A program made the position numbers and the translations under genes. Below, piece after piece: positions 36,049-42,717 of a stretch of DNA of 50,355 nt. Within the stretch, counting starts at the first letter, position 1. Each line of letters starts with the position of its first letter. The stretch comes from a virus. The notes under the pieces are model-generated. The model saw nothing but the letters and a program-made list of their open reading frames with translations, was not told the DNA's origin and did not search any database. The stretch lies in IMG/VR virus record IMGVR_UViG_3300045988_089750, one strand, 5' to 3'.

Positions 36049-36644
36049 TCTTTTGGAACACTTAACTTTTTACTCAATAGGGTAGCAACCTTTTCGGCTG
36101 CTGCGCGAAACTCCTTGTTATACTTGTATTCGCTATCGTACCGCCGAAGGTAATAACATATCGTACTTTGGTCGTGTAAGGTTTCTTCTGCTATATGCTG
36201 GGTATTCTCTCCGCGTTTTTTACAATGATGCGCGTAAATCATCCGGGCGTAAACGTGCCAGCGGTTACGGCTGTCTTCTGAAATGGAAGCGAAGCTAACC
36301 CCCATAGCGGTAAGTATAGCCGTTTTTATATCCCGGTGTTTGGGTGGTTTCTCGTAGTTTATAATCAGTCCCAAACCTTCGGCTATGTATAGTTCCAGCC
36401 CTGCGCCCGTGCTGCGTTCCCAATTAGAAAGCATATAAATTGCGTCGCAATCGAGCAGAAGGCGAATATCTACTTTCATTTGTTCCTGCCAGCGCGAACC
36501 CGGCTTTAATTCATACCGCAATGGGTTTACAACCTCGTAACCCTTTGCTCTTAGTTCCGCTTCCGCTTTGCTGAACTTTTCCGCGTATTCGGCTACCGGA
36601 AGTCCGGTTATTTGCCCGCTTATATACACTTTGTGCTTCTTCAT
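36036..36644 (-). CDS. DUF4406 (nucleoside 2-deoxyribosyltransferase-like) domain fused to a DnaA domain-IV-like HTH
   Basis: The N-terminal KVYISGQITGLP...DAIYMLSNWERSTGAGLE resembles DUF4406. The C-terminal VYARMIYAHHCKKRGENTQHIAEETLHDQSTICYYLRRY resembles the DnaA C-terminal DNA-binding pattern. Confidence 0.5.
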   Translation of the reverse strand: MKKHKVYISGQITGLPVAEYAEKFSKAEAELRAKGYEVVNPLRYELKPGSRWQEQMKVDIRLLLDCDAIYMLSNWERSTGAGLELYIAEGLGLIINYEKPPKHRDIKTAILTAMGVSFASISEDSRNRWHVYARMIYAHHCKKRGENTQHIAEETLHDQSTICYYLRRYDSEYKYNKEFRAAAEKVATLLSKKLSVPKDVLK

Positions 36645-36747
36645 GTCTTTTAATCGTTTTTTTGCCCGTTAAGGCGTTATTGTATTGTTTTCCTTACATC
36701 TTACCGTCTGAAATACGATAGTTGAATATTGGGGTTCATTTGTACGT

Positions 36748-37464
36748 CTATCGCGGCGTTAGCTTTGTTAGTCTTGGTCGGTAACTTGAATTATCAAAGC
36801 CTATAAGGTCGAACATCTCTACAAATCGGTCGGCTACACGAACCCCGTAACGCTTGGCTATATCTTCGTCGCCTTCCAAGTTTGAGGTTATAATCGTAAA
36901 TAGCTGGCGGTCGTAACGATGGTATAGCAAATCTACCAACGGGCTAACCTCGTTTCCCCAAACCTTTAGGCTTGCTGGTTCTGTCCCTACGTCATCAATG
37001 CAAAGAAGCTCGGTATTCTTCAAATCCGCTAAAAGTTCCTGCTTTTCGCCTTTTGCAGCTTCTGTAAGTGCGGAAGCTGGAATAAAGGAAACTCCTTTAC
37101 GCTCAAATGATATATCGCTGTGGTAAATCGTGTTTATTAGCTGGGAAATTGCACGCGCTAATGTTGTCTTTCCGCATCCGGGTGTTCCGTATATGAATAA
37201 CCCCGGTTTCATGCTTTCGCCAACGAGCCAACGCGCCGCCATTGTAAGATGCTGCCTTGTCGCTTCGTCTTCTTGGTAAGAATAGCCCCGGTTTTCAACT
37301 TGGAAACGGTAACATTCGCGTAGCATGGCGGGCACGTCCTGCGTATAACGGTCAATCTTAAAGCGTGCTACGGCGGGGCTTCTTTTGCGTAGCAGGTTCG
37401 CAAATGCCACTATATCTATCCGTTGTATCGGTTGCTCCTGCTTTTTGTTCTCTGTTGTTCCCAT
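36748..37464 (-). CDS. DnaC/IstB-like AAA+ helicase loader
   Basis: Walker A GTPGCGKTT and Walker B LLCIDDVG. The start is uncertain: ATG 37464 overlaps the upstream gene by 107 nt, and the alternative is ATG 37326. Confidence 0.75.
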   Translation of the reverse strand: MGTTENKKQEQPIQRIDIVAFANLLRKRSPAVARFKIDRYTQDVPAMLRECYRFQVENRGYSYQEDEATRQHLTMAARWLVGESMKPGLFIYGTPGCGKTTLARAISQLINTIYHSDISFERKGVSFIPASALTEAAKGEKQELLADLKNTELLCIDDVGTEPASLKVWGNEVSPLVDLLYHRYDRQLFTIITSNLEGDEDIAKRYGVRVADRFVEMFDLIGFDNSSYRPRLTKLTPR

Positions 37465-38218
37465 TGTCTTTCCTTATTTTAATTCTTAGATGATTAATCA
37501 AATGCCGCGCCCATTCGGTATAATTTATGTGGGTATCTCCGGTTAGTTCCCATTCGTCTATAACTTCTTCGGCTTCCTTGCGCAATCGTTCGGGAGTGAC
37601 ATAAAGCTGCATACAAATGGTTTCTATCTGCGCCCTTTTGTTTTCGCTGAAAAATTCGGTTAGAAACTTACGGTTTTCGGTTTCCTTTCCGTTTGTACTT
37701 TCTCTCTCGCGCGCACCATCAAGAAGAACAGGAGAATGAGAATTATTATTAATCATATCAACATCATTACATATCATATCAATGTTGTTTTCGGTTGTTT
37801 TCGCTTGTTTTTTCAACCCTTCGGTTGTTTCGGTTGAAAAATCAACCGCCCGGTTGTTTGGGTTGTTTTGGCTTGTTTCCTCGGTTTCCGTATTCTTTTT
37901 CTTCTTTCGTGCGTTCTGATTACCTTTAGGCGCGCCCCCTAATTTGCCGTTAGCTTTATTCAACTGCACTGTTTCCGCATAACGCTTGTTATCAGATTCA
38001 AGACGTTTTCGGATGGGTGCAAATGCTATCCTAACGGTTTTGTTCGCCGTCATTGCTTCCAAATCTTCCGCAGCCTTCGTCCGTATAGCTTCGTTTTCGC
38101 TCTCTAATTGGTTATAGGCTCTAATTGCGCGGAATAACATAGCCGTTTCTTCGTCGTCAAGTTCATCAAGCACTGAAAGCAAATCCATATATAATACGAA
38201 TGAATTTTTATCGCCCAT
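37358..38218 (-). CDS. Replisome organizer / replication initiator-like protein (contains the iteron array)
   Basis: The N-terminal FVLYMDLLSVLDELDDEETAMLFRAIRAY resembles phage replisome-organizer N-terminal domains. It lies upstream of the helicase loader. The low-complexity linker (about aa 116-173) is encoded by the iteron element. Confidence 0.6.
   Translation of the reverse strand: MGDKNSFVLYMDLLSVLDELDDEETAMLFRAIRAYNQLESENEAIRTKAAEDLEAMTANKTVRIAFAPIRKRLESDNKRYAETVQLNKANGKLGGAPKGNQNARKKKKNTETEETSQNNPNNRAVDFSTETTEGLKKQAKTTENNIDMICNDVDMINNNSHSPVLLDGARERESTNGKETENRKFLTEFFSENKRAQIETICMQLYVTPERLRKEAEEVIDEWELTGDTHINYTEWARHLINHLRIKIRKDNGNNREQKAGATDTTDRYSGICEPATQKKPRRSTL
37699..37873. repeat. 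Origin-like iteron + AT-rich element, copy B (inside the replisome-organizer gene)
   Basis: Same GTTGTTTT(C/G)G iterons, GGTTGAAAAATCAACC inverted repeat and ATCATATCA AT-rich tract as 21390..21552. Confidence 0.85.
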
Positions 38219-38263
38219 GATAGGTATATTTTAGGGACACGCCCGAAGGCGCGCCCCGGTTAG

Positions 38264-39112
38264 TTAATAACTTTCTTCTTGTTCTTTGTATGCCAAACAA
38301 AAGGCTTTTTCTACAATCGCGTTGCAAGCGAAAGGCGAAGCAGCAAGTATGGAAATATCCACTACCTTAGATTCTTCGTTTTCCTTTTCTATACGCTCTT
38401 TTATCTTGCTGTTTATCCATGCGGTAATGACTACCTTAGCCGTATCTACGTCGCGCGTCTTTACAACAAAATCGTAGTTCTGCTTATTCGGTTCTTCTTC
38501 GGCTTCCGATTGTATTGCTACGTCGGCTTCAACCTTATAATACTTCGTATCGTTGCGCTGTTCTTCCCCGTCGTTACTTTCTTCGCCTTCCTCGTTTGCG
38601 CCTTCCTGCGCTTCCACGTGTTTCCGCAGGCGGTCGTTAAGGATTATAACCCTATCCATTAACTTTATGCCAACAATGTCGAACGGTTGGGTAAAATTCA
38701 ACTCTATATAGTCGGTCGCAACCTCATAGGCTTTGACTATGTTTTGCGCCTGCAATATGAAGTTATGCCGTTTGCAGCCAATGGTAGCGGAAATCTTGAA
38801 CGGGTAAAGGCTGGTTCGCTTGTTTTCGTAAGCGAGCCTTCGCTGGTTACTTACTTCTACTTCCTTTACGTCTTTGCTTTGCAAGTAGAAATTTATTTCG
38901 GTCGCCAAATCGTTATCTATATACTTCCCGCGCTCAAACAAAATTTCGTTGCGTTCAATGGTTACAACTTCGCCCGTTTCGTCGTCCACAAAATCCTCGT
39001 TCCATGTACGCAAAACGTTTGCTGCCAAGTATTTTCCTATTATCCGGCGTATATCCGAAGTCTTGAAGCGTACTTCGTCTTTTCGGGTCTGTATTTTTTC
39101 GTTCTGCTTCAT
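38264..39112 (-). CDS. Hypothetical protein
   Basis: 282-aa ORF with an acidic central region. No motif recognised. Confidence 0.55.
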   Translation of the reverse strand: MKQNEKIQTRKDEVRFKTSDIRRIIGKYLAANVLRTWNEDFVDDETGEVVTIERNEILFERGKYIDNDLATEINFYLQSKDVKEVEVSNQRRLAYENKRTSLYPFKISATIGCKRHNFILQAQNIVKAYEVATDYIELNFTQPFDIVGIKLMDRVIILNDRLRKHVEAQEGANEEGEESNDGEEQRNDTKYYKVEADVAIQSEAEEEPNKQNYDFVVKTRDVDTAKVVITAWINSKIKERIEKENEESKVVDISILAASPFACNAIVEKAFCLAYKEQEESY

Positions 39113-39381
39113 AGCTTATCCGCGTTAAAGTCTTTTGACGGTTTGAAAACAACAACCTTGCGGGCTGGAACTAATATGGTTTCGCCCGTATTTATGTTCC
39201 GGGCTGGTTTCGCCTTGCGTTGCTTCGTTTGAAAAGTACCGAAGCCGCGAATAGTTACCGTATCGCCGCCCGTCACTTCGTCCCGAATAACATCAAATGT
39301 ACGTTCTAATACTTCCTTTACTTGATAGCTGTTTAATCCGGTCTGTTCCGCTACCGAGTTCACTAATTCCTGTTTTGTCAT
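39109..39381 (-). CDS. HU/IHF-family DNA-binding protein
   Basis: MTKQELVNSVAEQTGL...VTIRGFGTFQTKQRKAKPARNINTGETILVPARKVVVFKPSK is the classic HU-fold pattern. Confidence 0.9.
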   Translation of the reverse strand: MTKQELVNSVAEQTGLNSYQVKEVLERTFDVIRDEVTGGDTVTIRGFGTFQTKQRKAKPARNINTGETILVPARKVVVFKPSKDFNADKL

Positions 39382-39926
39382 AGCTTCTCAATTAAAATTT
39401 GTTCGTATAAGTCTGTAAATTGGTTGCCCGCATACCGTGCCAAACGTGAAGCGTAGAAGCAAAGCCGAGAGCCGAGATGCGCATACGAATCCGAAGCCGC
39501 GTCACTCGTACCCGCGCACGAAAGCCCGGCAGAACCTTTGCCTTTCGCGTTTTCTTGTATATAGAAGTAAGGGTAGTATTTGTATTGGTCGGTATTGTTC
39601 CAATCCGGTTTCCAGCCTTCGTTAAGTGCTGCGGTAATAGTTTCCAATTTGCGGCGTGCTATTTCGTCCGATCTGAAGCCTTGCGCCTTCGCATTTTGTT
39701 CGTTTATCGGTTCTACGCCTAATACCTTACATGCGTCTTCGTAGGTCTTTACCCGGTCGGTTATTTCCTCGTAGTCTTCTTCCTTGTAGAAGTAATCGAA
39801 AATACTACCGTTCCCTTCGTCTTCGGTAAGTTTCTTTACGGTGTCTTGCGCTTCTTCTACGTTGTCGTATCTGCCTTGTAAATTCTCGTTCCCGTTCTCT
39901 TTTCTGTATAAACAAATCTTTTTCAT
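39378..39926 (-). CDS. Remote DGR target candidate 2 (small early-region protein with embedded VR2)
   Basis: 182 aa with no signal peptide. It contains GSAGLSCAGTSDAASDSYAHLGSRLCF, encoded by VR2, and is a paralog of 41946..42683. Confidence 0.8.
   Translation of the reverse strand: MKKICLYRKENGNENLQGRYDNVEEAQDTVKKLTEDEGNGSIFDYFYKEEDYEEITDRVKTYEDACKVLGVEPINEQNAKAQGFRSDEIARRKLETITAALNEGWKPDWNNTDQYKYYPYFYIQENAKGKGSAGLSCAGTSDAASDSYAHLGSRLCFYASRLARYAGNQFTDLYEQILIEKL
39458..39533 (-). repeat. DGR variable repeat VR2 (remote, truncated)
   Basis: Gap-free alignment to TR 3441..3514 at offset +36017. There are 15 mismatches, all at TR adenines. Homology ends just past the A-free block CGAAAGCCCGGCA. 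Confidence 0.85.
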
Positions 39927-39944
39927 GTCACTAAAATTTAAATA

Positions 39945-40340
39945 TTAAAATAATGTTCCCTGCTTGGGCTTGTGCGCGTCTTCGTAAAGTATGCGCCTTT
40001 GCCTTGCGATACTCAACCGTACTGCTTTTATAGCTTCTTCACGTCCTTTCAGGCTTTCTTCGTATTCCAAAAGGTCGCTTTCGGTCGTAGCTAAGAAATA
40101 GCCTTCGGAAGTTGCTATAAGTCCCGGTAGAAGGTCGTTTGTACGAATGTGGTTTATTATCTTCCTTAGCCGTGCCGCGTCTATCTTGTAGCTGTCACGT
40201 AACCGGGAAATAATATACTTATTCGTTACCGCGTTGGCTTTGCCTATCTTGGTTTTCAAGCCTTCAAGAATAATCGGAAGTATTACTTTCCTTTCGTATT
40301 CTGTCAGCGGTTGCGTTTCTTCTGAAAACCCTTTAATCAT
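39945..40340 (-). CDS. Hypothetical protein (possible winged-helix)
   Basis: 131-aa ORF in the early operon. Confidence 0.5.
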   Translation of the reverse strand: MIKGFSEETQPLTEYERKVILPIILEGLKTKIGKANAVTNKYIISRLRDSYKIDAARLRKIINHIRTNDLLPGLIATSEGYFLATTESDLLEYEESLKGREEAIKAVRLSIARQRRILYEDAHKPKQGTLF

Positions 40341-40351
40341 AGTGCTTGCAA

Positions 40352-41104
40352 TTAAAAAGGTGTTTTGTTGAAACTAATCCGTAGTCCGGGTTTTGCGACG
40401 TGTACCGTTTTTCCGGTGGCTTTTGCTATTCCGTCCCGGAAGGCTACCGCGTCGCCGTTCCCTTCGCTTATATGTATCAATACTATGTTATTAACCCGTG
40501 TTAGGTCGTTAGCCTTCAACGCGTCCAAACAAGTATAGTAGCTTAAATGGCTTCTCCGTACTCGTTCTTTCAATACTTCCGGTATATAACCTTCTGTTAC
40601 ATTGCGTTCCAATATGTCCGGGTCGTAGTTGCATTCAATTAATATATTGTTCAACCCGGCAAATGTGCAAGGCAAATAGAAAGTATCGGTAGCAAACAAT
40701 ACGCCGCCCGTTTCTTCATGCCAGACGTAGAAGCCCAACGGTTCGCGGCTGTCGTGCTTCGTGGGAAAGGGAATGATAGTAAAACCGCCCAACCGTAAAT
40801 GCTGGTAACTTCCGTTTTCCATCCTTATGTGGGTCGGTCGCCAGCAAGAATTAATCTTAGCGGCTTCTATCGTGCCTTTGGAAGCGTAAACCGGAACAAC
40901 GTAGTTTAAAACCTCATTAATACGCCCGGCATGGTCGCCATGTTCATGGGTAATGAGGCAGCCTACTATTTTCTTTACGTTGTTGCCCAACGCTGCTAAT
41001 ACCTTCTTGAATGGTATTCCAGCTTCAAGTAGAAGGGCTTCGCCCGCGTTTTGCAAAACGTAGGCGTTACCCTCTGAACTTGAACCTAATACGGTTAATT
41101 CCAT
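40352..41104 (-). CDS. MBL-fold metallo-hydrolase
   Basis: HxHxDH motif (ITHEHGDHAG) in the typical N-terminal context. Confidence 0.8.
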   Translation of the reverse strand: MELTVLGSSSEGNAYVLQNAGEALLLEAGIPFKKVLAALGNNVKKIVGCLITHEHGDHAGRINEVLNYVVPVYASKGTIEAAKINSCWRPTHIRMENGSYQHLRLGGFTIIPFPTKHDSREPLGFYVWHEETGGVLFATDTFYLPCTFAGLNNILIECNYDPDILERNVTEGYIPEVLKERVRRSHLSYYTCLDALKANDLTRVNNIVLIHISEGNGDAVAFRDGIAKATGKTVHVAKPGLRISFNKTPF

Positions 41105-41106
41105 AT

Positions 41107-41934
41107 TTAGAACAATGGTTTAGCGTTATTACTTCCTCGACCTTCCCGTGCTTGCGGCGGGTTAGCTGGCTCGCTTTGCGCCGTTTGTCCCTGCTGGGCT
41201 TGTATGGGTTGCCCGTCGATAACTCCAATAGTAGGCGCGGCATTCGCTTCTTCTTTTATTTCTTCGGCTACCGCATCCACTATCGGTACGCTGCTTTGTT
41301 CGTCTGCATCGCCGAAGTCGCACCCCGTAATGTACTCGTATAGGGCTTTCTTAGCCTTTCTTTCGGCTTTTCCGCGCAGTTGGTCGTGGCTGCTGTAATC
41401 ATCCTTCTTTACGGTTGCAATAATGCTAAAGCCGTTTTTTTCTCCGTTATACTCATAGTTTATTTTGCAAGGTATTTCGGCAAAGTTCTGCGTTTGCCCC
41501 TTGTCGTATGAGGTATCAATGAAGTATTTTACGCCCAGCTTGCGAAGAAGCGAAGTATAACCTTCCTTAGTGGGGTACATCCTTTCGGCTATTATATTGA
41601 ACTGGTTTCCGGTCGGAAGCAAGCCGATAGTAACCGCGTCTATGATGCAATCGCGCACTATGTCACGGGTGTAAAGAGGAAGCGGGGCGCGCCCGCCGCT
41701 TCTTGCACGCCCGTTTCGGTCTGTAAGAAATCCTATTTTCGTGTTCATCAAAGGCATGAAAACCTTATCCATTACTTCATCGGTCATGGCTTCGCGAAGA
41801 AGTGCTATTACGTTTACGGCTGTAAATGCCGCACCGAAGTTGCTTACTATCTGCAAAGCCGAAGCGTCCTTGCAGGCTAATTCAAACTTTTCTTTTGCTG
41901 CCAATACGGTAGCGGGTAAAGTGTTGGTGTTCAT
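41107..41934 (-). CDS. Putative single-strand annealing recombinase (RecT/Red-beta-like)
   Basis: Called from its context between the SMC-like ATPase and the MBL nuclease-fold gene, plus a loose resemblance (LPTGNQFNIIAERMYPTKEGYTSLLRK) to RecT-type cores. Not verified. Confidence 0.4.
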   Translation of the reverse strand: MNTNTLPATVLAAKEKFELACKDASALQIVSNFGAAFTAVNVIALLREAMTDEVMDKVFMPLMNTKIGFLTDRNGRARSGGRAPLPLYTRDIVRDCIIDAVTIGLLPTGNQFNIIAERMYPTKEGYTSLLRKLGVKYFIDTSYDKGQTQNFAEIPCKINYEYNGEKNGFSIIATVKKDDYSSHDQLRGKAERKAKKALYEYITGCDFGDADEQSSVPIVDAVAEEIKEEANAAPTIGVIDGQPIQAQQGQTAQSEPANPPQAREGRGSNNAKPLF

Positions 41935-41945
41935 ACTATCGTTAG

Positions 41946-42683
41946 TTAATTGTTGTTCATTATGTCCTTTAAAAAGTCGTCTATTCCGCCGCCTTTAATC
42001 ATCTTTTCAAAAGCTATTTCGCGGGTTGCTCGTTCTACTATCGGCGCGGACTGCTTTCCGGTAAGAAGTTCTTTCAAGCCCTTTATTATGGCTCCATAAT
42101 TTCCGCAAAAACCTACCATTACTCCGGTACTTCCTTCGCCATTTTTATCCTTTGTATCAGTGTCGCAACCTACTACGATAAGACCGCGTGAACTGCTTCC
42201 GTTACAGAATGGTACTAAATGCTTTTGCATTACTTCTGTGGTGGTCTTCAAAAAGTCGCTTTGGGGTTCTTCTTGGCTGCTTTCCGCTTGTTGTGTTTCT
42301 CCGTTTCCCGAAGCAAAGCAATAATAGTCACGGTACAAGTCCGCAAAGTGTTCGGCTGCGTATTTCGCGAGCGCGGACGTGGGAAAGCAAAGCCGAGAGC
42401 CGAAATGCGCATGCGTACCCGTAGCCGCGTAAGACGTATTCGCGCACGAAAGCCCGGCATTTACATAGCGGAATAGCGGGTAATACTTCCATTCGTTTTT
42501 GTCGTCCCAATTCGGTTTCCAGCCGTTATTAAGCGCACGGGTTATTACTGTCAGCTTGTGGTAGGCTAACATACTTCTTTGGTCTTCCTTCGGGAAAATG
42601 TTAAATACTTCTTCGTTAATCGGTTGAATGTTCAAAACTCTACAAGCGTCCTCGTAAGACACGATTTTCTTTTCTGTATTCAT
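41946..42683 (-). CDS. Remote DGR target candidate 3 (early-region protein with embedded VR3)
   Basis: 245 aa with no signal peptide. It contains NAGLSCANTSYAATGTHAHFGSRLCF, encoded by VR3. Its N-terminal half is paralogous to 39378..39926. Confidence 0.8.
   Translation of the reverse strand: MNTEKKIVSYEDACRVLNIQPINEEVFNIFPKEDQRSMLAYHKLTVITRALNNGWKPNWDDKNEWKYYPLFRYVNAGLSCANTSYAATGTHAHFGSRLCFPTSALAKYAAEHFADLYRDYYCFASGNGETQQAESSQEEPQSDFLKTTTEVMQKHLVPFCNGSSSRGLIVVGCDTDTKDKNGEGSTGVMVGFCGNYGAIIKGLKELLTGKQSAPIVERATREIAFEKMIKGGGIDDFLKDIMNNN
42386..42461 (-). repeat. DGR variable repeat VR3 (remote, truncated)
   Basis: Gap-free alignment to TR 3441..3516 at offset +38945. There are 13 mismatches, all at TR adenines. 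Confidence 0.85.
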
Positions 42684-42717
42684 AAATTTATTTATTAAAA
42701 TGGTTAATAATGTTCTG

